This document shows, piece by piece, positions 16,617-25,822 of a stretch of 64,000 bases of DNA. Origin of the DNA: a virus (lineage: Duplodnaviria > Caudoviricetes); IMG/VR virus record IMGVR_UViG_3300036045_000513, positions 1,201-65,200 of that record, one strand, 5' to 3'. Each line of letters starts with the position of its first letter. Positions within the stretch are counted from its first letter, which is position 1. A model generated the notes under the pieces. It was not told where the DNA came from. It made no database searches and was given only the letters and a program-made list of their open reading frames with translations. The position numbers were made by a program, and so were the translations under genes.

Positions 16617-16844
16617 GTGACGAGCGAGGAGCACATGGAGTCGGTCCTCGCGCGCTACGCCAAGACAGAGCCGCACCGACACGCCTGCGAGGTGCGCTGG
16701 CTCGTCGCATGGCGGGCCGAGCGTGGCCTCCAGGCGGCGATCGAGTACCTCGCAGGGGTCGAGGAGCACAGGGGCGCAGAGGCCGCGCTGCGGCTGCGGC
16801 TGGACGCCAATGCGGCGTGGGGGCAACGAAGGAGGGCTGCATGA
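16617..16844 (+). CDS. conserved phage hypothetical protein
   Basis: HRHACEVRWL...YLAGVEEHRGAEAALRLRLD. Confidence 0.65.
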   Translation: MTSEEHMESVLARYAKTEPHRHACEVRWLVAWRAERGLQAAIEYLAGVEEHRGAEAALRLRLDANAAWGQRRRAA

Positions 16845-17011
16845 ACCTGAAGGCTGCCGCGCTATCGACCGCGATCATCGGAGGCTTGTTCGCGGGGCTT
16901 ACCTTGCTGCCGGGCAAGTGGTTTCTGCTCTTGATCGTCGCGTGGCTGACCGTCGCTGCGTGGTGGAGCTTGTACTCGCTGCTCTCCGAGAAGTTGAAAG
17001 GACGGCCATGA
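16841..17011 (+). CDS. small membrane protein
   Basis: Two hydrophobic segments; ATGA coupling. Confidence 0.55.
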   Translation: MNLKAAALSTAIIGGLFAGLTLLPGKWFLLLIVAWLTVAAWWSLYSLLSEKLKGRP

Positions 17012-17271
17012 GCGACGCCCAACCCCGGTTCGTCGGCGACATCGAGCTGCGCGTTGTGCGGCGAAAGCAGTGGATCGTGATCGAGGGCCAGGCCGGGAAG
17101 TGGATGTCGGTCGACGCGCTCCAGTACCGGCGCGGGGAGATTGCGCTGCATCAGCACTACTGGACGCCGCACGAAATCGTGCCGCCGCATACACACGGTC
17201 CGGGCGGTCAGCCGACCATCGCCGCGGTGTGGGGCGAGTGGCAGGACGTGCCGATCGTGGACGCAGCGTAG
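17008..17271 (+). CDS. hypothetical protein
   Basis: MSDAQPRFVGDIELRVV...WGEWQDVPIVD. Confidence 0.6.
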   Translation: MSDAQPRFVGDIELRVVRRKQWIVIEGQAGKWMSVDALQYRRGEIALHQHYWTPHEIVPPHTHGPGGQPTIAAVWGEWQDVPIVDAA

Positions 17272-17275
17272 GCGC

Positions 17276-17659
17276 GTGCTCGACCTCGACCACGCCGCTC
17301 GAATTCGCACCGCGCTCGCCTTCGTCGCGGCGAAGCCCGACATTTTCGTCGACGGCTTTGCGGCCTGGCTCGAGCAGAACCCCGAGGTGTGGTTCGCTTT
17401 CGAGCGCGAGGCCGATCGGATCTGGCGCCGCGGTCGACGTCACTACAGCGCCCGCACGATCGTGGAGTGGCTTCGCCACGAGACGGCGATCGCCGAGAAA
17501 GGCCCCGACGCCGAGTACAAGGTGAACGGGAATTTCGTCCCATCGCTTGCCCGACTCTGGCTCTGCCATCACCCGAAGCGCGGCGGCTTTTTCGAGATCC
17601 GCCTCGGTGGCCGTACGACACCGGAGCAGTTCGTCGAGCGCGCCGCGCGCGCCGCCTGA
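17276..17659 (+). CDS. conserved phage hypothetical protein
   Basis: NPEVWFAFEREA...GRRHYSARTIVEWLRHET..YKVNGNF...FFEIR. Confidence 0.7.
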   Translation: MLDLDHAARIRTALAFVAAKPDIFVDGFAAWLEQNPEVWFAFEREADRIWRRGRRHYSARTIVEWLRHETAIAEKGPDAEYKVNGNFVPSLARLWLCHHPKRGGFFEIRLGGRTTPEQFVERAARAA

Positions 17660-17678
17660 ACACAACGAGGAGAACGAC

Positions 17679-18554
17679 ATGAACGCACCAACCGAACCGA
17701 CGCCGGCGCCCGAGAACGCCGATCCCGCCTTCACCGAGAAGTACCCGGAGCATCTCGCCCGCCAGTTCATCGCCGGCGAGCTGATGCGCGCGCTCCTGAA
17801 GCAGTGGAAGTCGCTCGACAAGCCCTGGTCCTGGCTCACGGAGAAAGAGCAGGGCGTCGCGCTGCGCGAGATCCGCGACGACGTCATGGCGACCGTGCGC
17901 ACCGCGACACGGCTGATCGTGTCCGACGCGCAGACCAACTTCAAGGCCGAGGTCGATTCCGTCACGTTCAAGGACGGCGTCAAGGTCGTCCTGAAGATGG
18001 GCCGATCGGACCTCTCGCACCTCATCGCCGACTACACCGGGACCAGCATCCTGATCGTGCTCGACAACGGCGAGCAGTACCTCGGGCTCGAGGACAAGAT
18101 CATGGAGACGCAGCCCGACCAGCTCGGCCTGCCGCTCGATGCGGCGGGTGCTGTAACGGATACACCCCCCCGAGAGGGCGCACCTGAAGCCGGCGGCGCG
18201 GAGCAGCCGTCGGTGGAGCCCACGGCGGCCGGCGGCTCCGAAACGGCGCCGGCCGAAGCCCCCGCGGAGACGCCGATCTCGCCCGCGGAGGAGGCGCTGC
18301 ACCTGCTGTCGCGCCTGGAAGTGCTGCCGCACAACCTCGTCAGCCCCCGCGATTGGGCGTTCATCGTCGCCTACAGCTGCGCGGTGCGCAGCCTCCCGGT
18401 CCCGAAGAAGGATCCGACCGACGAGTGGGTCACCGAGATGCACAAGCTCAAGGTCGTCGCCTCGCCAGAGCAGCTGGCGACGAAACTCGACGGCCTGCGC
18501 AAGATCGAGAAGCGCTACCGCCGCGAGCTCGGCGGCAGTCCAGAGGCGGCGTGA
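17679..18554 (+). CDS. hypothetical protein
   Basis: GAGGAG RBS; KPWSWLTEKEQ..VDSVTFKDGVK. Confidence 0.7.
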   Translation: MNAPTEPTPAPENADPAFTEKYPEHLARQFIAGELMRALLKQWKSLDKPWSWLTEKEQGVALREIRDDVMATVRTATRLIVSDAQTNFKAEVDSVTFKDGVKVVLKMGRSDLSHLIADYTGTSILIVLDNGEQYLGLEDKIMETQPDQLGLPLDAAGAVTDTPPREGAPEAGGAEQPSVEPTAAGGSETAPAEAPAETPISPAEEALHLLSRLEVLPHNLVSPRDWAFIVAYSCAVRSLPVPKKDPTDEWVTEMHKLKVVASPEQLATKLDGLRKIEKRYRRELGGSPEAA

Positions 18555-18826
18555 TGCTCGAGCAGTTCGACCGGGACCTCGAGCGCGTGCGACACGTGAT
18601 CCACGTTCGCATCGACAACCAGGCGCGCCTCGCGCAGCACGAGCTCCACCGCCTCGCCGTAAAGCACACCCTCGAAGTCGAACTCTGGTTCCGGCGGCAC
18701 TCGAACCTGCTGCGGCGGCGAGAACTAGTCCGCCAAGGGATCGACATCCAGCGCCACGACGTCGACGCCCGGGCCGAGGCGGTGTTCCGGGACCTCGTGA
18801 AACTAGCGGAACGGAGGTCGGCATGA
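18554..18826 (+). CDS. hypothetical protein
   Basis: TGATG coupling, MLEQFDRDLE... Confidence 0.55.
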   Translation: MLEQFDRDLERVRHVIHVRIDNQARLAQHELHRLAVKHTLEVELWFRRHSNLLRRRELVRQGIDIQRHDVDARAEAVFRDLVKLAERRSA

Positions 18827-19245
18827 GCGCCGCTCAACTGAGCGCGCAACGCCCCGAGGGAGCCAGCGCCTCTCGCAAGAAGAAACTCGCGATCGAGCAC
18901 CAGCATCAATCCGCCCTGTTCACGTGGGCGCGCGCACAGCGTGGGCGGATCCCGGCGCTGCTGAACCTCTACGCGGTCCCGAATGCTGCCCCAAGGACCG
19001 ACATCGGCCGGGTGTGGATGCACGCCGAGGGACTTGAGTCAGGAGTTTGGGACGTTGCGCTCGACTGGCCCTCTGGCGGGTACCACGGCCTGCGGATCGA
19101 GATGAAGGCGCCCGGGGAGGTCCTGAGCATCAAGCAGCGCGACTGGGGCGAGCGGTACGCGCGCGCCGGCTACAAGACCGCGATCTGTACCGATTGGTGG
19201 CAGGCGCGCAGCGCGATCTGCCAATACCTGGGAGTGCGCGAATGA
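18823..19245 (+). CDS. VRR-NUC domain nuclease
   Basis: EHQHQSALF.W, YAVPN, EGLESGVWD, GLRIEMK, LSIKQRDW. Confidence 0.85.
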   Translation: MSAAQLSAQRPEGASASRKKKLAIEHQHQSALFTWARAQRGRIPALLNLYAVPNAAPRTDIGRVWMHAEGLESGVWDVALDWPSGGYHGLRIEMKAPGEVLSIKQRDWGERYARAGYKTAICTDWWQARSAICQYLGVRE

Positions 19246-19787
19246 TCCGTGCCGCGCCCGTAGCTGGATGGGAAGGGTTCTACGAAGTCACTGACGCCGG
19301 CGAGGTGTACTCGGTCGCGCGCGCCATCTCGCGACGAAACGGCACCATCTATCACGTTAAGCGGAAGGTGTTGCGACTCCTGTCACACCCGGGCGGCTAC
19401 CTCAAGGTGTTCTTGACCGACACCACGGCGGGCCGCGTGGAGCAGCGACTCGTGCATCGCTTGGTGGCAGAGGCGTTCATCCCAAACGCCCAAGGCAAGC
19501 GCGCGGTGAATCACCTCGACGGCGATAAGACCAACAACGCCGCGACGAATCTGGAGTGGGTCACCGATACGGAAAATCAGCAGCACGCGCTGCGGACTGG
19601 CCTTCGATCTGCTCGCCCCGGTCCGCGAGGCGCGGCTTCACCGCGTGCGAAACTGTCGCAAGAGCAGGTGGACGAGATACGCCTTAGGTTGGCGCGAGGT
19701 GAGGCCGTTGCCGCCATCGCCCGCGTGTATCACATGGGATGGAGCGCGATCGACAACATCCGCTCCGGAGCAACGTGGCGAACGTGA
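19242..19787 (+). CDS. NUMOD4-HNH homing endonuclease
   Basis: GWEGFYEVTDAGEVYS, VHRLVAEAFIPN, VNHLDGDKTNNAATNLEW, C-terminal HTH. Confidence 0.9.
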   Translation: MIRAAPVAGWEGFYEVTDAGEVYSVARAISRRNGTIYHVKRKVLRLLSHPGGYLKVFLTDTTAGRVEQRLVHRLVAEAFIPNAQGKRAVNHLDGDKTNNAATNLEWVTDTENQQHALRTGLRSARPGPRGAASPRAKLSQEQVDEIRLRLARGEAVAAIARVYHMGWSAIDNIRSGATWRT

Positions 19788-19796
19788 GGTGCGACG

Positions 19797-20033
19797 ATGA
19801 TCCGGCTGTACATGAATTCCAACATCCGCAACCCCAAGAACCGCGAGCCGGTGATCGTGATCGACCGCGGTGAAGGCGCCCTGGTGTACGCGAACAACGT
19901 CGTCATCCGGGACGCCCTCGGGACTCCGATCGCGCAGGTCCGCTCCGACATGGCGGGCCTGAAGGACGCGCCGATCCACAAGGTTCGCGCGTGGGTCGAG
20001 CTGCCCGACGGCATCAGCGTGGAGCCGCGGTGA
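19797..20033 (+). CDS. hypothetical protein
   Basis: 78 aa, GAGG RBS. Confidence 0.55.
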   Translation: MIRLYMNSNIRNPKNREPVIVIDRGEGALVYANNVVIRDALGTPIAQVRSDMAGLKDAPIHKVRAWVELPDGISVEPR

Positions 20034-20284
20034 TGGGCGGCTACGTCCTGTCCACAGACGAGGCGTGTTACGCCGACCTGAAGCAACCCGGCCGCATCGT
20101 GATCGAGGCCGACCGCATGGGCAAGGTCAGGATCAAGGTCAGCGGCTTCGAGTTCAGCAACGCCGCGTCCTGCCGCGAGCACGCCACGAAGGCGATGGCG
20201 TGGGCGCGCGATGTCCTCGACACCGCGCACCGCGCCGACGTGCTGGTGCCGGGCGGGCATATCTCGAGCTCGATCGGCGATTGA
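20033..20284 (+). CDS. hypothetical protein
   Basis: TGATG coupling. Confidence 0.5.
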   Translation: MGGYVLSTDEACYADLKQPGRIVIEADRMGKVRIKVSGFEFSNAASCREHATKAMAWARDVLDTAHRADVLVPGGHISSSIGD

Positions 20285-20862
20285 CCGCCCGCTTCCTCTC
20301 CGTCCACACCGCCCTTCGATGGGCCTACGCCGTCATGGCGCAGCACCCCTCGGCGCGCAGCATCCTCGATCCGAGCGTGCGGGGCAGGGGAGCGGAGCTC
20401 GCCCGGGACGAGAGACTGGCCCAAGCGGCGCAGATCGTCGGGCACCTCGAGGCCGTATTCGATCCACGCCGCTGGCACGGCGCCGGCGCGCGGGCGAAGC
20501 GCCGCGGGAAGCAACTCCTCGTCGACTACAACCTGTGCATCTGCTTCGCCCGGTACTACTACGGCCGCGCCACCACCCCCGAGGAGTCCGCGGTGCTGCG
20601 CCGTCACGTCGCCGGCGGCCTCCCGGAGTGGGCCCGGGCTCGAGCGGGCTCCCGCGAGATTGACCTCCTCCTGCTGCGCTTCGCCGGCTACAAGCAAGTC
20701 GGGTGGCGACGAATCAAGACCGCGCTTCGCTGCCGGACCGAGCAGGCCCGGCAGGCAGTCAACGCGATCGCCGACCGGTTGCAGCCGATCAAGGACGACA
20801 TCGACGCCAAGCTCCACGAGCGCCTGGTCGACGCCGGGATCGTGATGGCGCGCACCGAGTAG
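20281..20862 (+). CDS. putative late regulator (Q-like position)
   Basis: RFLSVHTALRWAY..., ERLAQAAQI, C-terminal ERLVDAGIV; last gene before a promoter. Confidence 0.5.
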   Translation: MTARFLSVHTALRWAYAVMAQHPSARSILDPSVRGRGAELARDERLAQAAQIVGHLEAVFDPRRWHGAGARAKRRGKQLLVDYNLCICFARYYYGRATTPEESAVLRRHVAGGLPEWARARAGSREIDLLLLRFAGYKQVGWRRIKTALRCRTEQARQAVNAIADRLQPIKDDIDAKLHERLVDAGIVMARTE

Positions 20863-20906
20863 CCACAAAAGGCTTGACAACAGTCGGCAGTAGCCTAAGA
20901 TGGCTA
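20860..20906 (+). promoter_or_regulatory. promoter overlapped by two operators
   Basis: TTGACA(20874)-16-TAAGAT(20896); TAGCC-ACAAAA-GGCTT and TAGCC-TAAGAT-GGCTA; AAGGAGG RBS. Confidence 0.75.
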
Positions 20907-20923
20907 CAAGGAGGGACGCCGAC

Positions 20924-22037
20924 ATGACAAGACCGCTCGACTGGCCCGAGATCCGCCGCGAGGTCAGCATCGCCGTCGCCTGCATCAAGGCGAGCGCGGT
21001 CGTCGCGGCGCAGTTCGCCGAGCAGGCGCAGCAGGTGGCGGCATGACCCACACCCCCGTCATCGTCGCCACCCCGCCGGACGGCCTCGCCGCGGACTCGC
21101 TCGAGCAGCTGTTCCGCGCCGGGAAGGTGACCGCCGAGGAGGCCCGCATCGTCGCCGTCACCCCGATGGGGCGCTGGATCGACATCGGCGCCGAGCCCAA
21201 GACCCTACTGCCGCGGCTTTCCGTGGTCCGCGTCGGCCCCACCACAGGAGGTAAGCCATGACCGACTTCGCCCGCCGTGACCGACTGCGCCTGATCCGGT
21301 CGACGCCCGATCAATCCTCGCTCGAGGTTGAGCAGGAGCGTCAGGATCTCCGCGACGAGCGCACCCGCATGGAGGCCGCCGTGATCTGGCTGTTCGCGCT
21401 GGCCTTCATCGCGGCCGCTCTGCTGCTCTGGCTGCTGCCGCGGCTGTTCCTGCCGGCATGAAGGGCGTTGCCGGCTTCCGCCGCGCCGGCGGGATCAGTA
21501 TCGCGGCGTTCGTCGCCGCCCTGGTCGGCCCGCCGCAGCCTGCTGCGGTCGCGGCGAAGCGCGGCATCCTCGCCTCTGCGCCGAACGGCGGCCGCCGGCG
21601 CACCGTCGCGCAGGACAAGCGCGAGGCGATCAAGCGGCGCAACCGCGCTCGCCACCGCGCGGCCTGCCGATGAGCGAGGACTTCTGGCTGCTGGTCTTGA
21701 TCGTCCTGCTCGTCATCCTCTTCGCTGGCGACCCCGACCTCATGGACGGCATTATCGACTGGATGCGGTGCCGCTGATGCGCTGCCGCTCCGGACGCCAC
21801 GAATGGCTCGACCCGGTCAGCGCATACCGCTGCTGCTCGTTCCGGTTCGATCGAATCTTGGTCAAGCCCGGCGGTACGCCACCAGCCCGGGCGCTGCCCG
21901 ACGGCCGCGTCAGGTGGGACGGCGGCACATGGGTGTGGGTGCCCCGCTCGCCACCGCTCACGATCAAGCCGCAGCGCGACCTCGGCGGCATCCCGGAGCG
22001 CATCCTCCGCGTGATCCGCCCGCTCACGATCACCTGA
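20924..22037 (+). CDS. cassette of six small coupled ORFs (20924-21046, 21043-21261, 21258-21461, 21458-21673, 21670-21777, 21777-22037)
   Basis: Continuous ATGA/TGATG coupling; two have TM segments. Confidence 0.55.
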
Positions 22038-22101
22038 GCAAACGGGCCGGCGACCGCGGGGACTCCCGCGTCCATGCCGAAAGGCGTCGCCGGCCCGACC
22101 A

Positions 22102-22117
22102 CGTTCCACGTGAAACC
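22102..22117. promoter_or_regulatory. parS-like palindrome
   Basis: cGTTCCACGTGAAACc matches the 14-nt core of the canonical TGTTNCACGTGAAACA; intergenic. Confidence 0.65.
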
Positions 22118-22179
22118 GTGCACGGCTACCGCAGTAGCCATATTCGGCTATTGACGGATCAACGGGACACGCGAATCAT
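22113..22179 (+). promoter_or_regulatory. late promoter candidate with operators
   Basis: AACC-GTGCAC-GGCT, TAGCC-ATATTC-GGCTA, then TTGACG-17-AATCAT. Confidence 0.5.
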
Positions 22180-22271
22180 CGCGTTTCGTTACGGTGGACA
22201 GCTGTCCCCGTAGCCTTTTCTCCTCCATTGACCCTCCCCTTCGCGGCGCTCTCGGGCGCCGCAATTTTTTC

Positions 22272-22898
22272 ATGGCGACGAAACGCACTCCACCGGATTG
22301 GGAAGCCATCGAGCGCGAGTACCGCGTCGGGCAGACGTCCGTCGCGCAGCTGTCGCGGCAGTACAAGGTCAGCCGCGCAGCGATCGACAAGCACATGGCG
22401 AAGCGCGGGATCAAGCGCGACCTCAGCGATCAAGTCCGAGCGGCGACCAACGCGACGGTCCAGAGGGGAATCGCCAGTCAAAGCGCACAGGATGCAGACG
22501 CGGTTGCAGGCGCAACCTCGCGCGTAACCGACGCGGACCTCGTCGCCGCCGCTGCCGCTCGCGGAGCGGATGTCGTGCTCGGCCACATCCGCGAGCTGAC
22601 CGACCTCGAGCAGGAACTCGCGCAGCTCAAGCGCCTGATTCGCGGCTGGCTCGGGATCGACGGCGCGCCGCGCGACATCGACGTCGGCACACCGGAGGTC
22701 CCGCGGCCGATCAGCCTCGACTCGATCAGCTTCGGCAAGGGCGACGGCCTCGCCAACATCCTGCGGGCGCGGATGGACGTGCTCGAGCGGAAGATTCGGC
22801 TGCAGCGCCAGGCCCTCAACCTCGACAACGAGGACAAGGACAAGGGCAAGCGGGCGCCGGATCTCATCATCGACGTGGATCCGGACCTCCTCAAGTGA
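22272..22898 (+). CDS. terminase small subunit
   Basis: PDWEAIEREYRVG..SVAQLSRQYKVSRAAI HTH; RLQRQALNLD. Confidence 0.75.
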   Translation: MATKRTPPDWEAIEREYRVGQTSVAQLSRQYKVSRAAIDKHMAKRGIKRDLSDQVRAATNATVQRGIASQSAQDADAVAGATSRVTDADLVAAAAARGADVVLGHIRELTDLEQELAQLKRLIRGWLGIDGAPRDIDVGTPEVPRPISLDSISFGKGDGLANILRARMDVLERKIRLQRQALNLDNEDKDKGKRAPDLIIDVDPDLLK

Positions 22899-24469
22899 GC
22901 GATCTCCTCTTCGCCAAGGACCGGTCGACCGACCGGCCGACGGCGCTCGGGAGCATCGGCGACCTGCAAGCGGTCGCGAACTTCGTCTACGACTCCGGGA
23001 GCCTGACCTTCGTCCCGGAGGAGCAGGGCGGCGGTGGCGGCGGCGGCGGCGCGGTCACAGTGGCCGACGGCGCCGATGTCGCGCAGGGCGCAACGACCGA
23101 CGCCGAGGCGACCGGCAACGGCACCGTCGTCGGGATCCTGAAGCGACTGCGGACGCTCCTCGCCGGGGGCCTCCCGAGCGCGCTGGTGGGCGGCCGCCTC
23201 GACGTGAACGTCGGCAACACGCCGGCGGTGAGTCAGTCCGGCGCGTGGACCGTCACCGCGAACGCGGGCAGCGGCACCCAGGCCACCGACCCGAGCGATC
23301 GCGACGCACGGTTACTTGGCCGGGTCAAGCTGCACGACGGGACCGACGTGGCCCTCGTCAGTGCGGCGGGCGAGCTCGCCGTGCAGTTTCTCTCGGCGCA
23401 GGCGGTCACGCAGTCGGGCGCCTGGTCGGCGGGGCGCACGTGGAGCCTCTCGAGCGGCTCGGACAGCGTCGCGGTGACCGGCACGGTCAGCCTCTCCGGC
23501 GCGGTCGACACCGAGCTCCCGGCGGCCGCAGCGCTCGCTGACGGCGCCTCCAACCCGACGACGCCGCTCGTGGGCGCCGCGGCGATCCTCTTCAACGGCA
23601 CGACTTGGGACCGGGCCCGCGGCGACACCACGAACGGCTTGGATGTCGATGTCACCCGGGTGCAGGGCACAGTGACCGTTGCTGGCACGGTCACGGCGAA
23701 CGCCGGCACGAACCTGAACACCTCGCTGCTCGCGCTGGAGTCCGGCGGGAACCTCGCCTCGGCTGTGACGGCTCTGCAGATCATCGACGATTGGGACGAG
23801 TCTGACCGGGCGAAGGTCAACCCGATCGCTGGCCAAGCGGGCGTGCAGGGCGGCTCGGGGGCGGTGAACTCGCTGACGCAGCGCGTGGTGCTCGCGACAG
23901 ATGTGGCGCTGCCGACCGGTGCCAATGTGATCGGGGCGGTGACGCAGTCCGGCACCTGGAACATCGGCACGGTCACGACCCTGACCGGGATCACCAACGC
24001 TCTGCCAGCTGGTTCGAACAACATCGGCGACGTCGACGTACTGACCCTGCCGGCGCTGCCCGCGGGCGCGAACACGATCGGCGCGGTCAACCTCGCGCAG
24101 TACACGCCGGAGTCGGCTCGCCTGCCGACGCAGGCCGACATGCGCCGGGGCCTCGCTGTTGCGTTCGCTTCGATCGACGCGGCGAGCTCGGGCGACAACA
24201 CCGTCGTCGCCGCCGATGCGACGCGCAAGATCAAGGTCCTCTCGTATCTGGCGGTGGCCGACGCAGCGGTGACGGTACGCTGGAAATCAGGAGCCTCAAC
24301 GAACCTCTCCGGCGCGATGAGCTTCGCCGCGACCGGGGGCTGTGTGGCCCCGCCGGTGCCGCCGGGCGGTGGGCACTGGCTCGAAACGGCAGTGAACCAA
24401 GCGCTCGTGCTCAACCTCGGCGGTGCCGTGGGGGTGCGCGGGCATCTCTCCTACGTCTTGGAGGCGTGA
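22895..24469 (+). CDS. beta-rich fibre-like virion protein
   Basis: Recurrent VTQSG.W, FNGTTWDR.RG, LPAG.N.IG.V motifs. Confidence 0.65.
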   Translation: MSDLLFAKDRSTDRPTALGSIGDLQAVANFVYDSGSLTFVPEEQGGGGGGGGAVTVADGADVAQGATTDAEATGNGTVVGILKRLRTLLAGGLPSALVGGRLDVNVGNTPAVSQSGAWTVTANAGSGTQATDPSDRDARLLGRVKLHDGTDVALVSAAGELAVQFLSAQAVTQSGAWSAGRTWSLSSGSDSVAVTGTVSLSGAVDTELPAAAALADGASNPTTPLVGAAAILFNGTTWDRARGDTTNGLDVDVTRVQGTVTVAGTVTANAGTNLNTSLLALESGGNLASAVTALQIIDDWDESDRAKVNPIAGQAGVQGGSGAVNSLTQRVVLATDVALPTGANVIGAVTQSGTWNIGTVTTLTGITNALPAGSNNIGDVDVLTLPALPAGANTIGAVNLAQYTPESARLPTQADMRRGLAVAFASIDAASSGDNTVVAADATRKIKVLSYLAVADAAVTVRWKSGASTNLSGAMSFAATGGCVAPPVPPGGGHWLETAVNQALVLNLGGAVGVRGHLSYVLEA

Positions 24470-24738
24470 TGGGTGCGCAGGGCACGGCGACACTCGACTT
24501 CGGGTCGTCTCCGACGAGCGAGGGCAGTGTCGCCGTCACCGGGCAGTCGGGAATCGTCGCTGGCTCGCACGCCGAGGCGTTCCTGATGCGCGAGGACGCC
24601 ACAGAGCAGTACGACATGGGGCCCGTGCTGTTGCGGTTCGCTTGCGGGAGCGTCATCGCCGGGACGGGCTTCACGATCTACGCGCACTCGCTGTTCCCGG
24701 CGACCGGGCCGATCAGCGTGCGATGGGTCTGGAACTGA
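24469..24738 (+). CDS. small structural/accessory protein
   Basis: GAQGTATLDFG...GTGFTIYA...VRWVWN. Confidence 0.6.
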   Translation: MGAQGTATLDFGSSPTSEGSVAVTGQSGIVAGSHAEAFLMREDATEQYDMGPVLLRFACGSVIAGTGFTIYAHSLFPATGPISVRWVWN

Positions 24739-24753
24739 CGTGCTGGAACTGAC

Positions 24754-25440
24754 GTGAACTGGCTCTTCAAGCTGCTTGGCAAGGACGGCTCGTCGCAGCA
24801 GATCGTCGATCCCGTCCACTTCGCCGCGAGGGTGTCGTCGTACCCGATGCATGTCGGCGCCCGCGGCGCCTACAGCGCGTCGTTCTACACCGGCGTCATA
24901 GCGGCGGGGCTCGGGGCGAACAGCGAGCTCTTCCAGTTCCGCTTCGTGCACGCATCGCTCTTTGCCTTGCTTCGCTCGGTGAAGGTGTCAGCGGCAGTGT
25001 CGACGACCGCCTTTGCGGCCGGCGTACCGATTACGCTGGAAGGGCGCATTGCGCGGTCATGGACCGCGGTTGGCACAGGCGGAACCGGCATCACGTGGGG
25101 CACGAACGACGGGAAGAAGCGAACCGACTTCGCGACGACCGCCCTAGGTGCGAACGATGTCCGCATCGCAACGACCGCGGCTCTCGGCGCGGGGACCAAG
25201 ACGCTCGATGGCGTGCCCTTCGGCACGGTGACGGGGCAAGTCGGGACGAGCGTCGCAACGATCATCCAGAATGCGATGCTGTGGCAGCGCGGAACGGCTG
25301 ACGAGTGGCCCTACGTGTTCGAGAACCAAGAGGGTTTCGTGGTCCGGGCGGTCGAGGTGCCGGGGACTGGAACCTGGAAGGCTGCGGTCCACGTGGAATG
25401 GGAGGAAGTGGATCCGAGCGTTATCGAGGGTTGGGTCTGA
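24754..25440 (+). CDS. hypothetical virion-associated protein
   Basis: 228 aa, beta-rich, ENQEGFVVR..GTW...VEWEEV. Confidence 0.65.
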   Translation: MNWLFKLLGKDGSSQQIVDPVHFAARVSSYPMHVGARGAYSASFYTGVIAAGLGANSELFQFRFVHASLFALLRSVKVSAAVSTTAFAAGVPITLEGRIARSWTAVGTGGTGITWGTNDGKKRTDFATTALGANDVRIATTAALGAGTKTLDGVPFGTVTGQVGTSVATIIQNAMLWQRGTADEWPYVFENQEGFVVRAVEVPGTGTWKAAVHVEWEEVDPSVIEGWV

Positions 25441-25555
25441 TGAGCCTCCTCCTCTCGCAGATCGGCGAGCCGCCCGCCGCGCCAGCGCTGCGGCTTCGTT
25501 CGTTGATGGGCGTCGGCCTACAGATCGCCCTCGTTGCCGGCTTGGTCGCGCTGCT

Positions 25556-25822
25556 GTGAAACGGGCAGTGACCATCTTCAAGCCCGCCGGCCCGATGACC
25601 GCGGCGCCGCTCGTGATGTTCGTCTCCGACAAGGAGATGCGCCTCGAGATGGAGCTCGACAGCTTCCTCGCCGCGGTAGCGGCCCGCGTCGGCAACCCGA
25701 CGATGATGGTGACGAAGGGGCAACTCGAGCGGGCGCTGCGCGCCGCCGGCGACGCGGTGCTCGACGAGATGAAAGGCGCGAGCGGCACCCTGATCGCTTC
25801 CGCCCTGCGGTCCCCAGAGTAA
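25556..25822 (+). CDS. hypothetical protein
   Basis: Abuts the TerL start. Confidence 0.5.
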   Translation: MKRAVTIFKPAGPMTAAPLVMFVSDKEMRLEMELDSFLAAVAARVGNPTMMVTKGQLERALRAAGDAVLDEMKGASGTLIASALRSPE

